Assembly (NCBI GenBank): GCA_964391555.1
Contig: CAYMMT010000006.1
Span: 6,487-56,885 of the forward strand
Direction: 5' to 3'
Source: an uncultured Rhodobacterales bacterium
GTDB lineage: Bacteria > Pseudomonadota > Alphaproteobacteria > Rhodobacterales > Rhodobacteraceae
DNA: 50,399 nt
Shown here: in pieces, positions 35,518-43,426 of the stretch
Position numbering within the stretch: the stretch's first letter is position 1
How the letters are laid out: every line of letters begins with the position of its first letter
Made by a program: the position numbers and the translations under genes
Notes under the pieces: generated by a model
The model's database searches: none
Told to the model about the DNA's origin: nothing
Seen by the model: only the letters and a program-made list of their open reading frames with translations

Positions 35518-38322
35518 TCAGTCCAGAACGCCGGTATCAAAGACGCCATCACCGACGGACAGGACCGCGTCAATGTCATGGGCGTAGTTCTGGGACAGCG
35601 TGCCACCGCCGAAATGCAGACCGCAGAACTCCATCGCGCCATGCAGGGAGATCACGGCGGAGCCGGAATTGCCCGCCAGCGTCGTGGCATCGTGAGTGAA
35701 GGTCCATGCCCTGGTATCCCCGCTCACGGTACCGGGGCGCGACATGACCTTGCCGGGGCTGAGGTATTGCTTGCCGTATTCCTCGCCATAAAGCTCGTCG
35801 ATACGGTCCCAGAACGGCAGGAAGTCATCACTGCTTGAGGCCGGACCGCTGCTGCCGCTGGGCCGCGCCGGGTATCCCGACAAAAGGATGTCCGTCAGGG
35901 ACGGGTCGGTCATCGACACGAGCGTGGTATCGAGCGGCAGGGGCGGGGGCTCGTGACCGTTGTCGGTGTTCATCGCGACCACCGCCATGTCGAGCTTGCC
36001 CAGATCCACCAGCCGTCCGATGGGTGATTTGCCCGCCGTGATGATGTCGGTCAATTCGTAGCGGGTGGTCTCATCCTCGGCTTCGGGGTCAAAGATGATC
36101 GAGGCGTTTCGCCGTTTCAGGAACGCCTGATCGCCGGGGGCGGCGGGCAGCCCGTCGACAAAGGTATCGATGACGTGGCGGTTGGTCATGACCCGTCCGT
36201 CGGCCATGACGAATCCGGTCCCCGCATGAGCCCAGGTCCCATTGGGCATCTGCACATCCACCCGGCCCACGGCAGCCGTCAGCCGCTGCCACCGGCGGCG
36301 CGTGGCGACAAGGATGGAGGCCCAGTTTTCCAGTCGGGGGTCCCGGATTTCGCTCCCGTCGGCCTTGACCCTCACCGCGGGCCGCCCGGTGAGCCTGACC
36401 AGCGCTTCGATAGTCGCCCGTTGCTCTTCGGGGACCGCGTCGGGCAGGGCCGCATCGTCCGCCAACGCCGACAGCAGCGCATCGAACCGCCGCATCGCTT
36501 CGTTTTGGGTCTCCTGGTTCACGAGGTTTCCCGCGGCCTCCTGCCGTTTGGACAGGGCCGACTGGACCTGATCCATCACGGATTGGGTGCCTTCGGTCCG
36601 CAGGGTTTCCACCGCGGTCTCCGCGCTCAACTCGGCGGCGCTCTCCAACGTGCGGTTGCCGCGCAGCGCCAGGCGGCGGAATGTCTGGTCGAGCGGCAGT
36701 GGCGGCGTGGCCGGCGCACCGATTGCCGCCGGGGCCGGAAAGACACCCGGCTGGGCCAGGCTGATCCGGGATGCGAACTGAGGCGAAGGCGCCGGGGGCA
36801 GGGCGGTTTCGAGGCGCCCGGAAAACCCCTCTCCGGCTCTGATTTGCCAGTCCAGCGCGATGAAGTTGGCCTCGGCTTCAAAAGCGGTCCCGGCGAAATC
36901 CTGTCCGAAGGCCGCGAGGGCCGGACTTGAGGATTCCGTCGGGGCGGGTGCGCCGGGCAGGGCGGCCAAATCCGTGGCGAGGAGCCTTTCGGCATCCACG
37001 ATCCCGGCTCCCATGTTGGTGGCGTCCCAGCCCGGCGGGGTCTCGGCGGTGTGTCTCAGGGCCAATCGAAACAGGTCATTGACGGTAATCTGCCGGTCTG
37101 CCGCGGCCTGCCGGATCGCGTTCCCCCCGAAGCGTTCGATCCAGAGCGCCGCGACCCCGGCCGTCAACGCCACCGCGAAGGACGTGCCTTGCCCCCGCGC
37201 ATTCACATCCGCCAATTCGCCGGGCGAAGGCTGGTGCCCCGGCGGGACCGCGACACGTCGGGCGACATACACGTTTTCGCCCGGCGCGGAGACATCGACC
37301 GTCGGACCCGAACAGGATCCTTTCCACTTCCTCTTGTCCTTATCGACCCCGGCGATAGCGATGACGTTTGCGGTGTTGGCCGGAAAGGTCACGTTGCCCA
37401 CGCAATTGCCCGCGGCCGCCAGCACGATCATTCCGCTCTCCACCGCGCGCCTGACGGAGCGGTTGATCGAGCGCGACCACAAGCCGCCAAGGCTCATCGT
37501 GACGATCGCGCAGCCCTGCCGGCGGGCATGGTCGATCCCGGACGCAATGGCCCGACCTGACAATCCGATCACCACACGGTTCATCACCCGGATCGGGATC
37601 AGTGTTGCGCCGCGCGCCGTGCCGGTGACGTGTCCGGACGGACGGCTGATGGCCACGCTCGACGTTCCCGTTCCGTGACCGGGAGAGGCCATGTCCGGGC
37701 TGAGCGGGTCCGTTGGATCGGCCCGGTCGGCAAGGAAATCGTAGCCCCGAGCGACGTCCAGCCCGCTATGCAACTCGCCATGGGTCGCCACGCCGGTATC
37801 AGGCTGGCCGATCAGGACGCCCGCGCCGGTCACGCCGAACCGGGCCTCCGCCTGTGGCACCTTCATCATCTTGCGCGCCCATTCGCTGTCATCCGACCCG
37901 TCGGCCTGCGATTGGCAACGCCGCCAGACCGCTTCACCGATACCTTCCGTCGCCCTTGGCGCGGTGAGGAGTTCGGAATAGGGGGCCTCGATCGCCGGGA
38001 TCACCGCGTCGATATCCAGAGCCTCGCGCAAGTCCCCCGCCTCCTTGAGCAGGAGTTCCGGCGATTGCTCCCGCGGCAAATTCGGAAACTGGAGGATGAG
38101 GACTTCGGGCGCGTCTTCGTCGGAGAGCGTGAAGAGATCAAAGTTGCCCGCGCCAAGCAGGCTTTCCAGCCGTGCCCGTTCCGCCTCCACATTCGGTGGC
38201 TCCGCGTATTCCAGCTCGAATGCCAGAATGTCCTCCGGCATCGCGCGGCTGTTCCGGCGTTCTCCGAAACGCGCGGCCGCTTTCAGTAAATCGAGCATTC
38301 GATCCCCCATACTCTGGCCCAT
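35518..38322 (-). CDS. Dual serine protease: N-terminal subtilase (S8) domain plus C-terminal trypsin-like domain (gene A)
   Basis: 934 aa. S8 triad motifs LIGQPDTGV (Asp175), SPGHGTGTSS (His216), AAAGN (Asn305) and GQGTSFAVALTAG (Ser381). A long Ala/Pro-rich linker spans aa ~445-640. The trypsin-like part has GTGFVMADGRVMTNRHV (His716), LDMAVV (Asp778) and AGNSGSAV (Ser886). No signal peptide. Confidence 0.85.
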   Translation of the reverse strand: MGQSMGDRMLDLLKAAARFGERRNSRAMPEDILAFELEYAEPPNVEAERARLESLLGAGNFDLFTLSDEDAPEVLILQFPNLPREQSPELLLKEAGDLREALDIDAVIPAIEAPYSELLTAPRATEGIGEAVWRRCQSQADGSDDSEWARKMMKVPQAEARFGVTGAGVLIGQPDTGVATHGELHSGLDVARGYDFLADRADPTDPLSPDMASPGHGTGTSSVAISRPSGHVTGTARGATLIPIRVMNRVVIGLSGRAIASGIDHARRQGCAIVTMSLGGLWSRSINRSVRRAVESGMIVLAAAGNCVGNVTFPANTANVIAIAGVDKDKRKWKGSCSGPTVDVSAPGENVYVARRVAVPPGHQPSPGELADVNARGQGTSFAVALTAGVAALWIERFGGNAIRQAAADRQITVNDLFRLALRHTAETPPGWDATNMGAGIVDAERLLATDLAALPGAPAPTESSSPALAAFGQDFAGTAFEAEANFIALDWQIRAGEGFSGRLETALPPAPSPQFASRISLAQPGVFPAPAAIGAPATPPLPLDQTFRRLALRGNRTLESAAELSAETAVETLRTEGTQSVMDQVQSALSKRQEAAGNLVNQETQNEAMRRFDALLSALADDAALPDAVPEEQRATIEALVRLTGRPAVRVKADGSEIRDPRLENWASILVATRRRWQRLTAAVGRVDVQMPNGTWAHAGTGFVMADGRVMTNRHVIDTFVDGLPAAPGDQAFLKRRNASIIFDPEAEDETTRYELTDIITAGKSPIGRLVDLGKLDMAVVAMNTDNGHEPPPLPLDTTLVSMTDPSLTDILLSGYPARPSGSSGPASSSDDFLPFWDRIDELYGEEYGKQYLSPGKVMSRPGTVSGDTRAWTFTHDATTLAGNSGSAVISLHGAMEFCGLHFGGGTLSQNYAHDIDAVLSVGDGVFDTGVLD
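35578..36270 (-). other. Trypsin-like peptidase domain of gene A (approx. aa 685-915)
   Basis: H-D-S motifs in chymotrypsin-fold order. The His716 codon cac is at 36177-36175. Confidence 0.7.
36988..37845 (-). other. Subtilase (peptidase S8) domain of gene A (approx. aa 160-445)
   Basis: D-H-N-S motifs in canonical subtilase order. The Ser381 codon tcc is at 37182-37180. Confidence 0.75.
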
Positions 38323-38592
38323 CCCTTGACGCAGCGTAACAGAGGGATTTCAGGCCGTTAAGGATTTTTGCACGTCCTGATTGAGTCGGTTGTCATCGAT
38401 TGGGCCGGGTTGCGCGGGGCTTCGGCTACAAAACCTGAATTCAGTTAAGGCGCTGATAAAAATAGTTTAATGAAGGTTTTCAATGGAAGTTGACGTAGGG
38501 TCCTTGCCATCAATGAACGGTGGATTGTACGCTGAAAACACTGCTGCAATCCGATTTCGACCGTTAACACAATTCAATTGAGAGGACGCATT

Positions 38593-40035
38593 ATGACCGT
38601 TCGAGTGCGACAGGATGTTTATGCACTTCCATCAGGAGACATGACGCTGGATTGGTACCGGCAGGCCGTGGCCCTGATGCAAAGCCGAGGCCTTGATGAC
38701 CCCACAAGCTGGTGGTGGATCGGCGCTGTCCACGGCCGACCTCAACCGCCGCAGTTCCCGCCTGCACCGGTCGGCGCGTCCGCCTTCTGGGATCAATGCC
38801 AGCACCAGACGTGGTTCTTCCTGCCGTGGCATCGCGGATATCTCGCCGCATTCGAGGCGACGGTTGCCAAGGCGGTCGAGGAATTGGGGGGGCCAACCGA
38901 CTGGGCTCTGCCGTATTGGAATTATTCCGAAAGCCTTGTCACGAACCCGGAGGCCCGTCGCCTGCCCCCCGCCTTCCGCAGTCCGAACCTGTCCGACGGA
39001 TCACCCAATGCGCTCTTTGCGCCGCGCGGCGCGGACGCAAACGGCGAGTTCGGGCTTCGCAGCGTCGATGTCTCGCTCGACGCGTTGACCCAGAGTGTCT
39101 TTACGCCCGTGTCGGGGGTTTCGGCGGGCTTCGGTGGGCCGAGCACCGGGTTTTCGCATTTCGGCATGGCCAGCGGTGCGCTGGAAAACATCCCCCACAA
39201 CGTCCTCCATGGCCGGATTGGCGGTTGGATGGGAAATCCCAACACGGCCGCTTTCGACCCGATCTTCTGGCTGCACCACTGCAATATCGACCGGCTCTGG
39301 GAGGTCTGGCGCGACGCCGACCCGGCCCATCTGAACCCCGCCGACCCCGACTGGCTGGCCAATGTGCCGTTCGAGTTGCATGATGAAGACGGCACGCCCT
39401 TCAGTTTCACCAGCGCCGAGATGGAGAACACGACAACCGTGCTCCATGGGTATCAATATGACAGCGTGCCCCCGCCGGCGGTTGTCGTGGCCGGCGGTCC
39501 GACAGGAGGCGTAACCGAAATGGCTGACCTGGAGAGCCCCCCTGAACTTGCCGGTGCGTCCGAGGCCCCCTTGCCTCTGCGGGGCGACCGGACCCCGGCC
39601 AAGGTCCGCATCGACACGGCCGGGCTTGACCGGATGAGCGAGGGGCTGCTCGCCCCGAGCGTCAAGGTCTATCTGCGGCTGGAAGGGGTCAGGGGGACCG
39701 GTGTGCCGGCGGACTACGATGTGTTGATCGACCTCGAAGGGGACGGGATAGAGCCGATCCAGGTGGGCGTGCTGTCGACCTTTGGTGTCGCGAATGCGAG
39801 CGATCCGGAGTCGGACCACGGTGGCGTTGGCATAACGCAAGTCTTTGATATCACTGCCTCGGCCGAGCGGCTTAACCTTACGGACGGCAGCGCATCCGAA
39901 TTGAACGTGAGTTTTCATCGCGTCGCACAAGGCCCTGTTACCGAGATGGCCCTGCCCCTTGTCGACGGGGGCGACGTCCCTGCCGAAGCGGCCTCGTCCG
40001 TGGAGATTGGACGCATCGGCGTCTATTTCGAATGA
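38593..40035 (+). CDS. Tyrosinase / polyphenol-oxidase-like type-3 copper protein with a C-terminal extension
   Basis: 480 aa from MTVRVRQDV, with a GAGAGGA RBS. CuA His in AVHG, CQHQ and PWHRGYL. CuB His in IPHNVLHG and FWLHHCNIDRLW. A Pro/Gly/Ala linker (aa ~296-335) is followed by a ~145-aa extra domain. No signal or Tat motif. Confidence 0.9.
   Translation: MTVRVRQDVYALPSGDMTLDWYRQAVALMQSRGLDDPTSWWWIGAVHGRPQPPQFPPAPVGASAFWDQCQHQTWFFLPWHRGYLAAFEATVAKAVEELGGPTDWALPYWNYSESLVTNPEARRLPPAFRSPNLSDGSPNALFAPRGADANGEFGLRSVDVSLDALTQSVFTPVSGVSAGFGGPSTGFSHFGMASGALENIPHNVLHGRIGGWMGNPNTAAFDPIFWLHHCNIDRLWEVWRDADPAHLNPADPDWLANVPFELHDEDGTPFSFTSAEMENTTTVLHGYQYDSVPPPAVVVAGGPTGGVTEMADLESPPELAGASEAPLPLRGDRTPAKVRIDTAGLDRMSEGLLAPSVKVYLRLEGVRGTGVPADYDVLIDLEGDGIEPIQVGVLSTFGVANASDPESDHGGVGITQVFDITASAERLNLTDGSASELNVSFHRVAQGPVTEMALPLVDGGDVPAEAASSVEIGRIGVYFE
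39598..40032 (+). other. C-terminal extension domain of the tyrosinase (aa ~336-480)
   Basis: It lies beyond the copper-binding core, after a low-complexity linker. Beta-rich-looking sequence (VKVYLRLEGVRGTG...YDVLIDL...VSFHRV...IGVYFE). Boundaries are approximate. Confidence 0.5.
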
Positions 40036-40826
40036 CCCTGTCGCGAGGGGTGCCCGCGCGATCGGGCCCCCCGATCTTTCGAACGGATATCCTGGCAAAC
40101 CCGGGCCTGTCCGTGCCCTTGGGATTGGCGGCGCTGGCCTGGCTGGCGCTGGGCCTGTTGGCGCGGAGCTCGGGGGGTCTTCCCCTTTGCATCGGTGGCC
40201 CGAACGCGTTCGGATGGCAATTGCAATCCGCGTGGGTCGCAGAGGTGACGTGTCTTGATCCGATGATCGCGGTGCGTTGGGCATTGATGGTTTTCGCGAT
40301 GATGTTGCCCGTTGCGGCGCCTCATTTCAGCGTTGCCGTGGCCAAGACGCGGCCGCGCCACCAAGGGGTCGTTCTGGCAGCGGCGCTGATCTCTTATGTG
40401 GTGGTCTGGCTGGCGTTGGGAGTGCCCTACCTCGTGCTCTTCGTGATCTCGGCGGCCATCGACGGCGCATCGCCCTGGCCCTTGGGTCCTGTCGGGGTCT
40501 TTGGCCTTGCGATTTTGTGGAGCCTTTTGCCTCTGCGCCAATCCGCTTTGCGGCGGTGCCATCGGGTCCCCGCCTTTTTTGGCGGCGGTCCAGCGCAGGC
40601 CCAGTCCGCTGCCAACTGGGGCGCCGGCCTGGCCGTCGATTGCGCGGCGGTTTGCTGGCCTGCCATGGCCGCGGTGATGCTGTCGGGGCAGGGGATCATG
40701 GGGATGTTCGTCGTGACCCATGTCCTGTTGTCCGAACGCCTCGCCGAGCGTCCGCGGAAGCCGTTCACAACCTGGCCGCTCGCTTTGTTGGCCTGTGCTG
40801 CGGTCGTCAAGTCCGGGCTCGCCTAG
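40032..40826 (+). CDS. DUF2182-like predicted metal-binding integral membrane protein
   Basis: 264 aa with about 6 TM helices. The WALMVFAMMLPVAAP motif and conserved Cys/His (RRCHRVP and DCAAVCWPAMA) resemble DUF2182. ATGA overlap with the tyrosinase stop. Confidence 0.6.
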   Translation: MTLSRGVPARSGPPIFRTDILANPGLSVPLGLAALAWLALGLLARSSGGLPLCIGGPNAFGWQLQSAWVAEVTCLDPMIAVRWALMVFAMMLPVAAPHFSVAVAKTRPRHQGVVLAAALISYVVVWLALGVPYLVLFVISAAIDGASPWPLGPVGVFGLAILWSLLPLRQSALRRCHRVPAFFGGGPAQAQSAANWGAGLAVDCAAVCWPAMAAVMLSGQGIMGMFVVTHVLLSERLAERPRKPFTTWPLALLACAAVVKSGLA

Positions 40827-41110
40827 GATCCGGCGCGCCAAGATCCTGAAATTGTTGGCTAATGCGCAGCCATCCGCCTACGCTAATCGGAGTGCGCCGC
40901 GACATCCATTAACCAATAGGTTGCATTTGGGGGGCGAGCGAGTCCACTTTGGTGACACGGCCCCAAGAATCTCGGGGCGGCTCGCGGTTTGGCGCGAGGG
41001 CGATACTGGACCGGTGGAAATTTGAGCCGCCACTCTCGAGGTCCGGGCGCAAGTCAAACTTTGGACGACGCTAAGGCAGCTGGAAGAACCGCAGCGCGGA
41101 GGAGCCCGAG

Positions 41111-43378
41111 GTGCAGCCCGACAACGACGCCATGTTGACATTTGCCCGCTTCGGTATCCGCCTGTTCTGGCTGCGGCAGGTGATGTTTGTCGGCGCGACG
41201 GTGATCACGTCGGCGTATCTCGAAAACGCGATGCCGATCATTCTGTATCTCGTCTGCCTTGGCGCGGAACTGAGCGAGGTCCGCCTGTCTCACGGTGTTC
41301 TTCGGGAACAGGTCCTGTCAGAGGACCGCCTTCGCCAACTGGTCCGGCACCACGGCTGGGTCGCCGTTTGGAGCGCCACCGGAGTCAGCGTCTATGCAGT
41401 CCTTTCCGCATGGATGGGCCCGCCGGAATACCTATTTGTTCCAATGGCCTACCTATTTTCTGCCGCACTTTATGCGACGATGTTCAACCATCAGATCAGC
41501 CAGATTCTCCTGCCCCGGATGATGATCTATTCGGTTGGCTTTCTGCTCATCGCCGGCCTTGGCCTGACCTCGGTCGGATCGGACCAGCTTCTGCTGGGCT
41601 TTGCTCAGTTCCTCACCTTGGTCTCGGCGGCACTGTTCATCGCCATCAACGCCATCGTCATGCGGCGCAGTTATACAGACCGTCAACGGCAACTGCGTGA
41701 GGCCGAAGAACGGGAGGACCGCCTGCTGAAGGAAATCAGGGACCGTCAAACGGCCGAGGACGCCCGGCACAGCAGCGATCAGCGCTTTCGGACTCTTTTC
41801 GAGAACGCTCCGATCCCGATCCGGGAAGAGGACCTGTCCGGCATGAAACGGCTGATTGATCAGGTGAATCTGCCCGACCCGCAGGACTTTGGCCGGTTCA
41901 TTGACGACAACCCCGACTTTCTGAGGGAATGCGCCGACGCAATCGTGGTGGTCGACGCCAATCGTGCCTCGCTTCTGCAGCATGGCTACGCCGAAAAGAC
42001 AGAGATGCTGAAACACGTTGTGCGCGAGCTCGCGCCCGCAGCGCAAGACGTTGTCCGCATGACGGCCACGGCCTTGAACGCCGGCGACCCCGGACGCAGC
42101 TACCAGACCCGGATTCGCCGAACCGACGGTGAGGAGCGGACGGTCGCCGCCACCTGGTCGGTCCTGCCCGGCCACGAAGACACCTATGCCCGGATCCTGC
42201 TGTGTTCCATCGACATGACCGACCGGCTCGCCGCCGAAGAGGCGCTGCTTCAGGCGCAGAAGATGGAGGCCGTCGGGCAACTGACGGGGGGCGTCGCCCA
42301 TGACATCAACAACCTGCTGACGGTCATTCGCGGCAATGTCGATCTGTTGGAGTCCACCATTGATCTGGATGGCTCCCTGTCTGAACCGATCAAGAGCGCG
42401 ATCGACCGCGGGGCCGAGTTGACGCGGGGGCTTCTCGCCTTTTCCCGCAAGCAACCGCTATCGCGACGGACGTTCGAACTGGGCGAGCACATCCGCCGCA
42501 TGACAACCCTTCTCCGCCGGACACTGGGCGAGGAAAACCTCATTGAGATCGACATCCCCGACGATCTCTGGCCCGTCTTTGCAGATGCCGCCCAAGTGGA
42601 GGCGGCGCTTCTGAACCTCGCTCTAAATTCGCGGGACGCCATGGTGGATGGTGGGGTCTTGACGATTTCCTGCCGCAACCTCCCGATCGATACGGGCAAT
42701 GAGATGGAGTTGGAGGCCGGGGACTACGTGGTGCTGAGCGTGGCCGACACCGGGATCGGCATGGATGCTCAAACCCGCAGTCGCGCCATTGATCCGTTTT
42801 TCACGACGAAGGAGCCGGATGCCGGCACGGGGCTGGGGCTGTCCATGGTGTACGGTTTTGCCAAGCAATCCGGCGGAACCCTTCATATCGAAAGTACGCC
42901 GGGGGAGGGGACTGCGATCTCACTTTACCTTCCAAGGTCCACACAGGGCGCGGTCGCGGTCGCTCAATCCGACGATACCGAGACGCATGCAGAGGCCCGG
43001 GGGCAGACGATACTGGTGCTCGAGAACGACGACGGCGTGCGAAGTTTTCTCACCCGCCTGCTGGAAACCAGCGGCTACGAGGTGCTGCAAGCCGACAGCG
43101 CCGAAACCGCTCGGGACGTCGTGGCCGGCGCCTCGCGGATCGATCTGCTGTTGTCGGACATCATGCTGCCCGGCGGGACTCGCGGTCCCGAGTTCGCGCG
43201 GGAGATGCTTGACAGGAACAACGCGCTGCCGGTGATCTTCATGTCCGGTCGGCCAAGCGAGATCGAATCCGCCGCTTCTGTTGGCTTCGGCGATGCGTCG
43301 GTTTTGGCCAAACCCTTTACCAAGGATGCGCTTCTCGGGCGCATTTCCAGAAGCCTTGCTGCGCGGTCGGTCACCTGA
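41111..43378 (+). CDS. Hybrid sensor histidine kinase (membrane region, PAS, HisKA, HATPase, receiver)
   Basis: 755 aa. N-terminal TM helices, a PAS-like region, H-box GGVAHDINNLLTVIRGN, N/G boxes (LNLALNSRDAM and GTGLGLSMVYGF), and a C-terminal receiver (ILVLENDD...LLLSDIMLPG...KPF). The alternative start is ATG 41132. Confidence 0.85.
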   Translation: MQPDNDAMLTFARFGIRLFWLRQVMFVGATVITSAYLENAMPIILYLVCLGAELSEVRLSHGVLREQVLSEDRLRQLVRHHGWVAVWSATGVSVYAVLSAWMGPPEYLFVPMAYLFSAALYATMFNHQISQILLPRMMIYSVGFLLIAGLGLTSVGSDQLLLGFAQFLTLVSAALFIAINAIVMRRSYTDRQRQLREAEEREDRLLKEIRDRQTAEDARHSSDQRFRTLFENAPIPIREEDLSGMKRLIDQVNLPDPQDFGRFIDDNPDFLRECADAIVVVDANRASLLQHGYAEKTEMLKHVVRELAPAAQDVVRMTATALNAGDPGRSYQTRIRRTDGEERTVAATWSVLPGHEDTYARILLCSIDMTDRLAAEEALLQAQKMEAVGQLTGGVAHDINNLLTVIRGNVDLLESTIDLDGSLSEPIKSAIDRGAELTRGLLAFSRKQPLSRRTFELGEHIRRMTTLLRRTLGEENLIEIDIPDDLWPVFADAAQVEAALLNLALNSRDAMVDGGVLTISCRNLPIDTGNEMELEAGDYVVLSVADTGIGMDAQTRSRAIDPFFTTKEPDAGTGLGLSMVYGFAKQSGGTLHIESTPGEGTAISLYLPRSTQGAVAVAQSDDTETHAEARGQTILVLENDDGVRSFLTRLLETSGYEVLQADSAETARDVVAGASRIDLLLSDIMLPGGTRGPEFAREMLDRNNALPVIFMSGRPSEIESAASVGFGDASVLAKPFTKDALLGRISRSLAARSVT

Positions 43379-43426
43379 CACCGGCTCCGGGACCGTCTGT
43401 CCGCAGCTTGCGTCGGTGGAGTGGCC

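Noticed and set aside
30134-40826. Whether the protease/STAND/tyrosinase block is a recently acquired mobile island.
   Set aside because: No integrase, transposase, tRNA gene or flanking direct repeats are visible. The coding GC and GC3 look the same as the neighbouring housekeeping-type genes. Only the 38323-38592 spacer is AT-rich, so horizontal origin cannot be claimed from this window.
40827-41110. 284-bp gap upstream of the hybrid kinase, examined for a small RNA or small ORF (for example ORF 40720-41025).
   Set aside because: I found no convincing structure, terminator or conserved motif. The ORF translation is low-complexity and overlaps the end of the DUF2182-like gene.
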